NCBI RefSeq assembly: GCF_044357595.1
Contig: NZ_JBIKPH010000001.1
Location: 29,863-93,862, forward strand
Length of the DNA: 64,000 bases
Source: Sphingorhabdus sp.
Lineage (GTDB): Bacteria > Pseudomonadota > Alphaproteobacteria > Sphingomonadales > Sphingomonadaceae
Direction of reading: 5' to 3'
In this document: positions 1 to 8,706 of the stretch, in pieces
Layout of the letters: each line of letters starts with the position of its first letter
Position numbering within the stretch: the stretch's first letter is position 1
The notes under the pieces: generated by a model
The model's database searches: none
What the model was told of the DNA's origin: nothing
The model's input: the letters and a program-made list of their open reading frames with translations, nothing else
Translations under genes and position numbers: made by a program

Positions 1-507
1 GGCATCAATGCTCATTTCGGTCGGAGCCGGCCAGTTGTCATCGAAGGCTGTAGGACTTGGCGCGCATGCGTCCCAAGGTCCTTCGCCGCGTGCAGCAAAA
101 TCGTCATCCCCTAAAGGACCACCACCCTCCCAAGGTCGCTGCGAAGATCCCTTGCGCCCTGAATGGGCTATCTGGATTGCCGACGCTGCACCTAAATCAC
201 GGATAAGAGTGGTCAGCTTTTTTAGGCCGGCGACATGTTCGTCTTTCCAAATGCCAAGGCAGCCATAAGTAATGCGTCCCTGCATGTTGACGGAGCTTTG
301 TTCGACAAAAACAAGCCCAGCGCCGCCCGCTGCTAATTTACCGACATGCTGCACGTGCCAGTCAGTAACAAAACCATCGACTGCTGAATATGTCGCCATT
401 GGAGAGACTACAATCCGGTTCCGTAACACTAAATCGCGCAGCGTATATGGCTGGAACAATATGTCCAGATTGACAGATGTCGCCGCTTCAGTTGAATCAC
501 CGAACAT
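1..507 (-). CDS. NADH:flavin oxidoreductase / Old Yellow Enzyme (YqjM/NamA-like), 3' end runs off the window
   Basis: Not in the ORF track. Manual minus-strand translation from ATG 507 gives MFGDS...LFQPYTLRDLVLRNRIVVSPMATYSAVDG...DWHVQH...GGAGLVFVEQ...IQIAHSGRKGS, the OYE N-terminus. The ATG overlaps the stop of the upstream AKR gene. Confidence 0.9.
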   Translation of the reverse strand, partial: MFGDSTEAATSVNLDILFQPYTLRDLVLRNRIVVSPMATYSAVDGFVTDWHVQHVGKLAAGGAGLVFVEQSSVNMQGRITYGCLGIWKDEHVAGLKKLTTLIRDLGAASAIQIAHSGRKGSSQRPWEGGGPLGDDDFAARGEGPWDACAPSPTAFDDNWPAPTEMSIDA

Positions 508-1532
508 TAAGTCGCATCCTTCAACGTCAACTTGCCACCCAGCGGCATTGGGCCTGCAAGTCCGACGACCTGATGCGGCGCATAGGGACTTTCCAGACGG
601 GCAATTTCTTCCGCTGATAGAGTGACCTCTAAGGCTGCAATTGCGTCTTGCAAATGTGAAGGCTTGGTTGCCCCAATGATAGGGGCCGTGATGCCCGGCT
701 TACCGAGCAGCCATGCCATTGCAATCTGCGCGCGTGGCAGGCCTCGTTCATTTGCTACCGCGGCAACTGCCTCTACAATCTGGCGATCATTCTCTACAGT
801 TGCCCGATATAGATAAGTGCTAAACATATCGGTTTCCGAACGAGCCGTTTTTTCATTCCAGTCACGCGTTAACATGCCGCGCGCCAATGGGCTCCACGGC
901 AGGACGCCGACTCCCTGATCAATGCAAAGCGGGATCATTTCACGCTCCTCTTCACGATAGACGAGATTCACCTGCGGTTGCATAGAGATGAACTGCGTCC
1001 AGCCATTGCGTTCTGCGGCATATTGCGCTTTGGCAAACTGCCATGCGTACATGGATGAGGCGCCGATATATCGTGCCTTTCCAGCCCTAACAATGTCGTT
1101 GAGTGCCTCCATCGTCTCTTCAATAGGTACATTAAAATCCCAGCGATGAATCTGGAACAGGTCTACATAATCGGTCCCAAGTCGCTTCAGGCTATCATTA
1201 ACTGCCTGAAACAATGCCTTGCGCGAAAGGCCGCCAGTGTTGGGGGCACTGCGCCATGGCGCAAAAGCCTTTGTGGCGAGAACTATTTCGTCACGATACG
1301 CAAAATCGGCAATGGCGCGGCCAACGATGCTCTCAGAATCGCCAGCAGAATATTCGTTGGCAGTGTCCAGGAAATTGATCCCCGACTCAAGACCCTGCCG
1401 GATGATGACCCGGCTGGCGTCTTCATCGACGGTCCATTCATGACGGCCTGCGTCGGGCCGACCAAAGCTCATGCAGCCTAGCGAAAGCCTGGATACAACA
1501 AGGCCTGACTTGCCTAAATTACTATATTGCAT
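507..1532 (-). CDS. aldo/keto reductase (YajO-like)
   Basis: LGKSGLVVSRLSLGCMSFG, DTANEYS, LATK, SLKRLGTDYVDLFQIHRWD, PWSPLARG. Confidence 0.95.
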   Translation of the reverse strand: MQYSNLGKSGLVVSRLSLGCMSFGRPDAGRHEWTVDEDASRVIIRQGLESGINFLDTANEYSAGDSESIVGRAIADFAYRDEIVLATKAFAPWRSAPNTGGLSRKALFQAVNDSLKRLGTDYVDLFQIHRWDFNVPIEETMEALNDIVRAGKARYIGASSMYAWQFAKAQYAAERNGWTQFISMQPQVNLVYREEEREMIPLCIDQGVGVLPWSPLARGMLTRDWNEKTARSETDMFSTYLYRATVENDRQIVEAVAAVANERGLPRAQIAMAWLLGKPGITAPIIGATKPSHLQDAIAALEVTLSAEEIARLESPYAPHQVVGLAGPMPLGGKLTLKDAT

Positions 1533-1541
1533 AAATTTTCC

Positions 1542-2015
1542 TTATTTCCGTTCGAGCGGGATCACGGCGACCGTAAATCGCGAAATGCAAACCAGTTTAC
1601 CATTTTGGTTGTTGATACGTATTGACCAGATCTGGGTTGTTCTGCCGATTGACTCTGGGCGTGCGGTACCGGTCACCCAGCCAGTGTGGGCGGGGCGGAT
1701 GTGATTTGCGTTTATTTCCATCCCGACGGCTATAAAACGTTCAAGGTCAATCGTATGCGCTGCGCCGAGCGAACCGAGCGTTTCGGCAAGTGTAAGCGAT
1801 GCGCCACCATGCAGGCGGCCCCAGGGTTGATGCGTGCGGTTATCCACAGGCATGCGCCCCGCCAGCCAGTCGTCCCCAACATCCGTTACTTCGATTCCCA
1901 GAATGGATTGCATCGAACTGGCACCCAGCAGATTGAGCGCTTCAGGCCGAGGCCGAATGGCCTGCCACCAGATAGGATTGATTGGCGTGCGGCTTTCCAA
2001 TTCTGACAGACTCAC
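1542..2015 (-). CDS. PaaI/MenI-family hotdog-fold thioesterase
   Basis: THQPWGRLHGGASLTLAETLGS, GMEINANHIRP. Confidence 0.92.
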   Translation of the reverse strand: MSLSELESRTPINPIWWQAIRPRPEALNLLGASSMQSILGIEVTDVGDDWLAGRMPVDNRTHQPWGRLHGGASLTLAETLGSLGAAHTIDLERFIAVGMEINANHIRPAHTGWVTGTARPESIGRTTQIWSIRINNQNGKLVCISRFTVAVIPLERK

Positions 2016-2884
2016 TTTGCCTCGCTGCTTATTTCTGCGACCACCGCGGCAATCACGCTGTTAACCTCATAACGGTCCTCGTTCCGTTCCCAAGGTGCCT
2101 GCTTTGCAAAAGCCGCTTTCATTTCTTCCAGTCGCTTTTCGGCGGCCTTAATGGTGTGAGAATGGGTCACGATATAGAAATCGCGGCGCAATGCGCCATC
2201 AACAGCGTCGCGTGCGGCCTCTTCGACCGACATGCCGCGTGCTTGAATGCGAGCACTCATATCAAGATTGCGTTCCTGCACTGGGAGCCCATCAGGCCGC
2301 GGACCGCCGCCCAGCGCCGTTCCCACCAGGCCAGGACAGAAAATGCTGACGGAGATTTTCTCAGGCGCTTCGGCGCGCAATACTTCAGCTAAACCCAACA
2401 CGGCGTGCTTTGATGCCGTATACACGGCGGCATTGGCATGTTGGAAACCCAGCGAGTGCTCTGATCCAGTGAAGCAGATGCGTCCACCTTCTGTTTGCTG
2501 CTCCATCATTCGTGCAAAAGTTGCGGTGGTATCCCAAACGCCGCGCACATTGACCCCCAATATCCAGTCAGCTTCAGCGACTGTCATTTTGGTGAAGCGA
2601 CCGGCGGCAATGACACCCGCGTTCGCAAATAGCATGTCGCATCCGCCGAGCGTTTCTGAAGTATACGCCGCTAAAGCTTCAACCTGTTCATGCTTGGAAA
2701 CGTCGCAGACGAAGCTGCTGCAGCCGGAGTTCAAACTGGCGAGCGTTTCTGTAAGCCCGGCTTCATTTACGTCTGCCACGATAACTCTTGCACCGCATGC
2801 TGAAAGTTCCTGCGCAATAGCCCGGCCAATACCGGACGCTCCGCCAGTAACGACGGCTCGGGTGTTCTCTAGCTTTAATGACAT
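2012..2884 (-). CDS. short-chain dehydrogenase/reductase
   Basis: TGGASGIG, ANAG, YTASK; AGGAGG RBS upstream. Confidence 0.93.
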   Translation of the reverse strand: MSLKLENTRAVVTGGASGIGRAIAQELSACGARVIVADVNEAGLTETLASLNSGCSSFVCDVSKHEQVEALAAYTSETLGGCDMLFANAGVIAAGRFTKMTVAEADWILGVNVRGVWDTTATFARMMEQQTEGGRICFTGSEHSLGFQHANAAVYTASKHAVLGLAEVLRAEAPEKISVSIFCPGLVGTALGGGPRPDGLPVQERNLDMSARIQARGMSVEEAARDAVDGALRRDFYIVTHSHTIKAAEKRLEEMKAAFAKQAPWERNEDRYEVNSVIAAVVAEISSEAK

Positions 2885-2908
2885 ATGCGCCTCCTGTGTC
2901 TGTCGGAA

Positions 2909-3796
2909 TCAATGGTGTTGATGATGGGGAAGGGTTGATCTTAGCGGAGAAGCAATAGCCTCCACCAGATCTGCCTGATCGGTCTTTGCAGCCAGACCCT
3001 CGATGATAATTGGAAGAGCTAGTTTTACCTCATGCGTGGGACCTGGAAGTGCAAAAACGGTTGACCAACCAAGCCTTGCGATAGCGATGCGAACCGAGTC
3101 CTTAACGTGCCGGCCATGGCCTCGTTTGTAATGGGCCAGAACTGCAGTTGAAAGTTTAGGGTCAAGGCGCTCTAATGCCTCGACTGTGTGGTCCTTATCT
3201 TCTGCTCCGACACCGCCGGTCGTGATAATGATGCCGAAACCTTCACCCGAAAGCCGCGCAACGATGCCCGCGATTTCCGCTTCACTGTCGCCCGCAATGC
3301 CGCCGAACTCAACTTCGAAATCAGCTGCTTCCATGGCGTTACGGATAGCTTGATAATTTGTATCTTCGATCTCGCCTGCCAGAAGTTCGCTGCCGGTGCT
3401 CACAACTGCGACGCGGCCCGATGCGTAGTTTGCGATCTGGGTTTCCAGCTTGCGGGCATCGGCGAGATAGCGTTCGATTTGCGCGCGCGGTGTCCCGATA
3501 ACGCCCAAAATTCCCTCGGAATGAATTGTCGCATCCTTAGCCACGGTGACGCCTATTAAATCGCCGATTGCGCCAAGAATTTCATCCTGTTTGCCTGTCA
3601 CATTCTCAAGCTCAACTCGTGGTACCAAAATATCGAGCACCACAAGATTTTCGCGAACATCGGTAACAAAGACTTTCTCGCGAGGTAGCATCAGTACATC
3701 GGCCACCACGTTGGCCAGATTGGGGAGATTGGCGCTATCCAAGCTAATGCCGTGTAGCCAGATTTCGGTCTTCTCAAGCAGTTGAACTGATGTCAT
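2909..3796 (-). CDS. MoeA/MogA/CinA-fold (MoCF_biosynth) domain protein with uncharacterised N-terminal domain and His-rich tail, paralog A
   Basis: STGSELLAGEIEDTN, TTGGVGAEDKDHT, ALPGP motifs; C-terminal PHHQHH. Start taken at ATG 3796, which overlaps the upstream TGA. Confidence 0.8.
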   Translation of the reverse strand: MTSVQLLEKTEIWLHGISLDSANLPNLANVVADVLMLPREKVFVTDVRENLVVLDILVPRVELENVTGKQDEILGAIGDLIGVTVAKDATIHSEGILGVIGTPRAQIERYLADARKLETQIANYASGRVAVVSTGSELLAGEIEDTNYQAIRNAMEAADFEVEFGGIAGDSEAEIAGIVARLSGEGFGIIITTGGVGAEDKDHTVEALERLDPKLSTAVLAHYKRGHGRHVKDSVRIAIARLGWSTVFALPGPTHEVKLALPIIIEGLAAKTDQADLVEAIASPLRSTLPHHQHH

Positions 3797-5223
3797 CAGG
3801 TCAGTCCGCGTTGCCGCAACCATTTAGGCAGAAATTCATTTTCGACCTTGTCGCGAACCTGGGGCGCACGTGACATTAGATGCTCACCTAATTTTCGGCT
3901 GACACGGAATGCCCCGGGAGTACGGTCAAACACAATGATGTTTTCTGTGCCGCCATCGCGGCAAGCTGCTGCTACCGCTTCGTTTAAAGTCGACCAGACG
4001 GGCGCTTTGGCACGATCGAAATGATAGTTCGACGGATCATTCAGCATCCAACGATTGACTGTGTCACCGACGACATGGATCGGATAGTTATCCCACAGCC
4101 ATGGCTGAGGTACACCGCCTGCCATATAGTTGATAACAATAGCTTTTATTGCGTTATTCTTACCCATTGTTAGCCCCGGCTCCGAACTTTCGTGCCGATC
4201 TGCTGCCAACAGAGAAAGATTATCTAGATCCATGAAATCGATGTCGGCGCATAACATGTTGTCAAACGCTATGCCGCCGGCGTAGCAATAAACGCCGCAG
4301 CCATGGTCGTCGAAAACCACTACGCAATCTTCAATTTCGCCCAGTATTTTCATCGCCATTGCATAATTGCGCATGATTCCGGCGGCGAGACGACGATCAA
4401 GCGCTTTTAGATCATTATCGGCCTCAACACTGACGACCCCTTCTGATGTGGTGTCTAGTACCATCGTGCCGACATATCGTTGCTGGATAAAGTCGCTTTC
4501 AAAAATGCAGCGCGACACAATCTGGCCGGTCCGTGGACCAAATCCGAAATGATAGGCCGAGCGAGATTCCAAACGGGCATATGCCATGCCGAAAGGCTTC
4601 ATTAGTCTGTCCATCATGCGATGTAGATAACCTTCGCGCATTTCGGTCACATGGGTGTGTATAAAATATGGGGCGTCAAAAAGCTTTTTGGTAACATACA
4701 TATCGCCAAGCTTGGTGCCTACCTTGGTCCCAGCACCAATTTGCGGGCACTCCTCTACGTCGCCGAAGCGTTCTTCTAACCGATAGATTTTAACCCAGTC
4801 GGGATTTTCGATGTGGCCCATGGATTCCGCGATCCTTAGCCTGACTTTGGCGCCACAAGTTTTTTTAACATGTTCGGCAATTACTTCGAGCATAGTTACA
4901 TATGCTTCGCCGCAAAGTTGTAATCCATGCGGATTCGCGAGAAGATTGACCATGCGGCCAGGCTCAATTTTTGACCAATCCATGGTGTCCGCCTTTGCCT
5001 GTGCTTGGCGGCGCACTTCATCAAGGTTAGTCGGACCAAGTAATGCATCTTCGGACCAGATTGTTTGGGGCAGGTCCGGCATCAGGGCGCGGATGGGAAG
5101 TGCGGTCATACCTGGAAGATCGGCAGCGCGCATCGCGACTACCTTTGCAGGTTCACGCTTATTCCATGTGCGGTGAAAAGCGGGCGGACGCAGAGCATCC
5201 ATGAAGGGAGAGAGCATCGCCAT
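3796..5223 (-). CDS. putative divergent LarA-superfamily (NPN-binding) enzyme, paralog A
   Basis: 475 aa. The segments IEPGRMVNLLANPHG, GDMYVTKKLFDAPYFIHTHV and LMKPFGMAYARLESRSAYH follow the LarA-like N-terminal pattern, with K209-x15-H225. Located in the larBCE cluster. Confidence 0.6.
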   Translation of the reverse strand: MAMLSPFMDALRPPAFHRTWNKREPAKVVAMRAADLPGMTALPIRALMPDLPQTIWSEDALLGPTNLDEVRRQAQAKADTMDWSKIEPGRMVNLLANPHGLQLCGEAYVTMLEVIAEHVKKTCGAKVRLRIAESMGHIENPDWVKIYRLEERFGDVEECPQIGAGTKVGTKLGDMYVTKKLFDAPYFIHTHVTEMREGYLHRMMDRLMKPFGMAYARLESRSAYHFGFGPRTGQIVSRCIFESDFIQQRYVGTMVLDTTSEGVVSVEADNDLKALDRRLAAGIMRNYAMAMKILGEIEDCVVVFDDHGCGVYCYAGGIAFDNMLCADIDFMDLDNLSLLAADRHESSEPGLTMGKNNAIKAIVINYMAGGVPQPWLWDNYPIHVVGDTVNRWMLNDPSNYHFDRAKAPVWSTLNEAVAAACRDGGTENIIVFDRTPGAFRVSRKLGEHLMSRAPQVRDKVENEFLPKWLRQRGLT

Positions 5224-5225
5224 GA

Positions 5226-5876
5226 TTATCGCCTTTTCAACTTAGCCATATCACCAAATTCCTTATCAAGCGGATATTCTGGGAAGGCATTGCGGATTGC
5301 GTCAGGCAGCGTTCCATCGGGCTGCACATGCTGCCATAACGTTGCGGATTCACCGTACCATTGGAACCCGTTTTTGGGATTGCGCGGGGCATCCCCATGT
5401 CCCGCGCAAGCCAATAGATGCAGTATCGGCTGCAAACACATCTCAACACATCCCGTGCGGGCCCCAGTGGCCAAAGACACGGCTTCCGGCGAATGCGCCC
5501 CCGCAATGATGGCGGTCGCTATTTCTCCCGCCTTGGTGTCGGTGCAAACACACAACTGCATGTTACGACCAAATCCTGCCTTGCGGCAAAGCGCCTTTAC
5601 TGCCTCAGTATCGACTGAGGGCAAGTCAAAGCCAACTTCAAACGGTTCTGGCAGTTCTATCATTTCAATGGCGTCATCTGGGCAGATTTCAACACAAGCC
5701 TGTGCGTTGTAGCAGGCTTCTGGTTCCAAAATAGCAATGTTGCGGCTTGTTCCGGGTTCGTCTTCTCGACGGGGCCGCATACCAATCGCTACCGTTGGAC
5801 ACACCTGTTCACACAGTCGGCAGCCTGTGCATTTATCGACAATGATTTGTGCTACCATGCGAACGCGTTTGGGCAA
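5226..5876 (-). CDS. ferredoxin with two 4Fe-4S-type motifs plus C-terminal BFD-like [2Fe-2S] domain, paralog A
   Basis: CTGCRLCEQVCP, CYNAQACVEICP (one Cys replaced by Ala), CVCT...GARTGCVEMC; TTG start preceded by AGGAG. Confidence 0.88.
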   Translation of the reverse strand: MPKRVRMVAQIIVDKCTGCRLCEQVCPTVAIGMRPRREDEPGTSRNIAILEPEACYNAQACVEICPDDAIEMIELPEPFEVGFDLPSVDTEAVKALCRKAGFGRNMQLCVCTDTKAGEIATAIIAGAHSPEAVSLATGARTGCVEMCLQPILHLLACAGHGDAPRNPKNGFQWYGESATLWQHVQPDGTLPDAIRNAFPEYPLDKEFGDMAKLKRR

Positions 5877-5941
5877 GCGCTACTCCTGTCAAAGTCCTAA
5901 ATTTGGCTGATGCAGCCAAAAAAGGAATCAATCAATTTTAT

Positions 5942-5958
5942 TTACTGTCTGACAGTAA
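5942..5958. promoter_or_regulatory. candidate TetR operator in the divergent promoter region
   Basis: Perfect inverted repeat TTACTGTC-T-GACAGTAA between the divergent ferredoxin A and TetR genes. Confidence 0.7.
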
Positions 5959-5995
5959 GTTTGTAGGTTGATGAGAGCAAGAGGATTCGGGTCAG

Positions 5996-6667
5996 GTGAA
6001 TATGGTTAGTGTTGCCGTTATCTCTCGTACGCAAGAAGAGCGCACAGAAGCTGCAAAGGAGCGGATTCGCGACACTGCATTGTTGTTATTTGGTGAAAAC
6101 GGATATGATGCGACAACATTAGCGGCCATCAGTCTAAAAGCAGGATTTAGCCGGACGCTTGCACAATATCATTATCCTGAGAAATCCGACCTAGCTCTAG
6201 AACTTCTCGATGAACGCATTCGGCGTGACAATCATTTGGAGCTCTTGAATTGCGCCGATGGTTTAAGCGCGCAAGGAGCTTGGGATTGCCTCATACGCCA
6301 TCTGGATTCTGTCAGTGAATATTATGGCAAGCTCCATGGGGCATGCGATCACAGTATTGTTGTACGCGGCGAAATGGCCTTGCATGCAGCGGCGCTTATG
6401 CATGCTGATGCCGTTTTGTCTGCCCGCGTGCATAATCTGACCGTTGATTTAATCGCGCGGATAGAACGCTTGTTTGAAATTTGCCGCAAAGCAAATTTTA
6501 TTCCGGTTAACTCCGATCCTCATGCGTTGGCAATCCTGCATGTTCACTCCATATGGGGACTGGCACAGGCTTTGTTTGCAAATCCGAAAGGTAGCAAGCC
6601 TATAGCTGCCGCCTTCGAACAAATTCATGTTTTGCTAGAGGCGCTTCGAACGCCCGAGAAATTGTAA
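5996..6667 (+). CDS. TetR/AcrR family transcriptional regulator
   Basis: N-terminal HTH: LFGENGYDATTLAAISLKAGFSRTLAQYHYPEK. Confidence 0.92.
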   Translation: MNMVSVAVISRTQEERTEAAKERIRDTALLLFGENGYDATTLAAISLKAGFSRTLAQYHYPEKSDLALELLDERIRRDNHLELLNCADGLSAQGAWDCLIRHLDSVSEYYGKLHGACDHSIVVRGEMALHAAALMHADAVLSARVHNLTVDLIARIERLFEICRKANFIPVNSDPHALAILHVHSIWGLAQALFANPKGSKPIAAAFEQIHVLLEALRTPEKL

Positions 6668-6679
6668 GGGAGAGCGAAA

Positions 6680-7291
6680 GTGGCCACGATTAAGCTTGTC
6701 GCAGATTATGACGCGGATCCATGTACTGGTTGCAAATTATGTGACATCGTCTGCCCAAGCGGCGCCATTAAAATGGAAGCGCGCAAGCCTGTTATTGACG
6801 AGGCTTTGTGTATTGGCTGTGGACGCTGCGTTGATCGCTGCCCCGAAGATATCATGTGGATGAAACTGCGTGCCGAACCACTGGTGACAACCGTTCATCC
6901 TGACGAAGTGGATCAGGAAGCTGTGACCGCTCTACTCAAGAAAGCGGGTATTGAAGCCGCCATGTCAGTATGTGTGTGCACATTGACGCCGGGATCGGAA
7001 ATCGCAGCTTCTATTATCAAAGGTGCGAAAAACCTTGAAGAGGTCTGTGCAGCCACGGGCATGCGTTCTGGATGTGGCATCTATTGCGTTGCTCCTGCAC
7101 TCCGCCTGCTGGAAGCGGCAGGATGCGATATGACGCCGCCGGGTCAGTACCGATGGTATCCCTCGACGCTTTCGCTTTATGATCTAAGCGATGAAGTGTG
7201 TGCGAAATACCCTGACGCCTATATTGCAGAAGACAGGGCGGTATTTGATCCTGAACATAAATATGGCCCACTTTCAAAGGAGACATTGTAA
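6680..7291 (+). CDS. ferredoxin 2x[4Fe-4S] plus BFD-like [2Fe-2S] domain, paralog B
   Basis: CTGCKLCDIVCP, CIGCGRCVDRCP, CVCT...GMRSGCGIYC. Confidence 0.9.
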   Translation: MATIKLVADYDADPCTGCKLCDIVCPSGAIKMEARKPVIDEALCIGCGRCVDRCPEDIMWMKLRAEPLVTTVHPDEVDQEAVTALLKKAGIEAAMSVCVCTLTPGSEIAASIIKGAKNLEEVCAATGMRSGCGIYCVAPALRLLEAAGCDMTPPGQYRWYPSTLSLYDLSDEVCAKYPDAYIAEDRAVFDPEHKYGPLSKETL

Positions 7292-8703
7292 TGAACGCTC
7301 ATACCGCGATCAAACCTCCTGCATTCATGCACTCGGATTACGGGCCGGCGCTTCAGCCGCATGTTTCCGAGACGATTGATTCCATGATTTCGGTGCCGTT
7401 GACTGATTTTTTCCCTGATTTTGCGCCTGCTATCACTTCGGGATATCCAGAAACACTTGAAGCCGATCTCGAGCGTGTGCGCGCGGAAACCCGCAAATCG
7501 TTGGCGCTTGTTGATATGTCGAACATTGCAGTCACTGACAGTGTTAACATTCTTGCGTCCGAACACGGCTTCGGACTGATGGGCGGTTGGCCCTATGCCG
7601 AGATGATCAAGACAATCCGCGAAGTGGTCATGGAGCGCACCGGATGCAGCAAAATCCATCTGCGCTTAGCCATTTACCGTGGATTTAAAGAAGCGGACGA
7701 GGTCGCGGAGCATTTCGGTTTCAACGAAGTATTTGAAGGCCGGGTCAAAGGTCTAGGCCCATTCGACCAAGGCGTTGAAGTCGAAACCGCAGTTGGCCCA
7801 ATGTATCTTATAAAGCGCGCATTTGATTCCCAGAAATTCATCCACGCATATTATGATGATCCGCGCGAAATGTATTTTAATCGGCTGCTCTACAAGTCAT
7901 TTAAATCGTTCTGCATGTCTTATGCGCGCTATGAAACACGTTCGGTTTATCACAGCCTTTTCGGCAATCGTAGCGGCAGCGTGATCCCCCGGGCTTTATT
8001 CGATTCAGACTTCATCCAGCAGCGTTACACATTCAGCTCTGTTCTGTGCACGACTCCGATGGGAGTAATCGGTGTTGATGCGACAACAGATTTATATGCG
8101 ATCGATCGGCGGATAACCAAAAGCCATTTGGAAACCTATGGCAGGATGCAGCGGCTGTTTGCCGAAATCAAGGATTGCGTCGCGATCTGGGATGGCGGCC
8201 GGTGGGGCTATTATCTGCATGGCGGAGGTTTGATTTTTGGCACGCTGCTGACCAATCATTCAGATGCGTTTGATCTTGATCAGCCAGTTGTTGCTGGTTT
8301 CTTGCAATCTCCCTCCGCTCCGGTGAACTTTTCAAAGAATAGGAATTTGCGTGGGATTGTTGTCAATCAGGCTTGGGTAGGGGCAGGGATCCCGTATGTG
8401 ACGATGCCTTTTACCACGCCAATGTATATTGTTGGTGAGGAGCAGGCCCAAATGTGGCGCGAAGATCCAACCAACCCTTTATTGATGGATCGCGCCAAAG
8501 TTGTTGATAGTCTTCAGCAGGGCGTCGCAATGGCATGCGAAAAGGGGCAGACGGACAAGCTGATCGTGTTTGATGGAAGCTACGGCCATTTGACCTGCAA
8601 TCAGGCACTGGCCGACCTGCTAAAGGAACGTGCGCCTGCAGTGGATAAAATGGTCGGTGATGAACTGCTGCCGAAATGGCTGGCCCAACGTGGGCTTTCC
8701 TGA
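7291..8703 (+). CDS. putative divergent LarA-superfamily (NPN-binding) enzyme, paralog B
   Basis: 470 aa. Clear paralog of 3796..5223 (PPAF, VNxLAxxHG, FIH, YARxExRSxYH, SDFIQQRY, LPKWLxQRGL), with K205-x15-H221. Confidence 0.6.
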   Translation: MNAHTAIKPPAFMHSDYGPALQPHVSETIDSMISVPLTDFFPDFAPAITSGYPETLEADLERVRAETRKSLALVDMSNIAVTDSVNILASEHGFGLMGGWPYAEMIKTIREVVMERTGCSKIHLRLAIYRGFKEADEVAEHFGFNEVFEGRVKGLGPFDQGVEVETAVGPMYLIKRAFDSQKFIHAYYDDPREMYFNRLLYKSFKSFCMSYARYETRSVYHSLFGNRSGSVIPRALFDSDFIQQRYTFSSVLCTTPMGVIGVDATTDLYAIDRRITKSHLETYGRMQRLFAEIKDCVAIWDGGRWGYYLHGGGLIFGTLLTNHSDAFDLDQPVVAGFLQSPSAPVNFSKNRNLRGIVVNQAWVGAGIPYVTMPFTTPMYIVGEEQAQMWREDPTNPLLMDRAKVVDSLQQGVAMACEKGQTDKLIVFDGSYGHLTCNQALADLLKERAPAVDKMVGDELLPKWLAQRGLS

Positions 8704-8706
8704 CCG

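Noticed and set aside
2909-3796. Calling the MoCF-fold genes moeA, mogA or cinA
   Set aside because: They lack MoeA domains I/II/IV and the CinA C-terminal deamidase domain, and no Moco pathway is nearby, so only the fold is supported.
3796-8703. Assigning the symbol larA (lactate racemase) to the two large proteins
   Set aside because: Similarity is remote and by eye, and the canonical catalytic motifs are not conserved.
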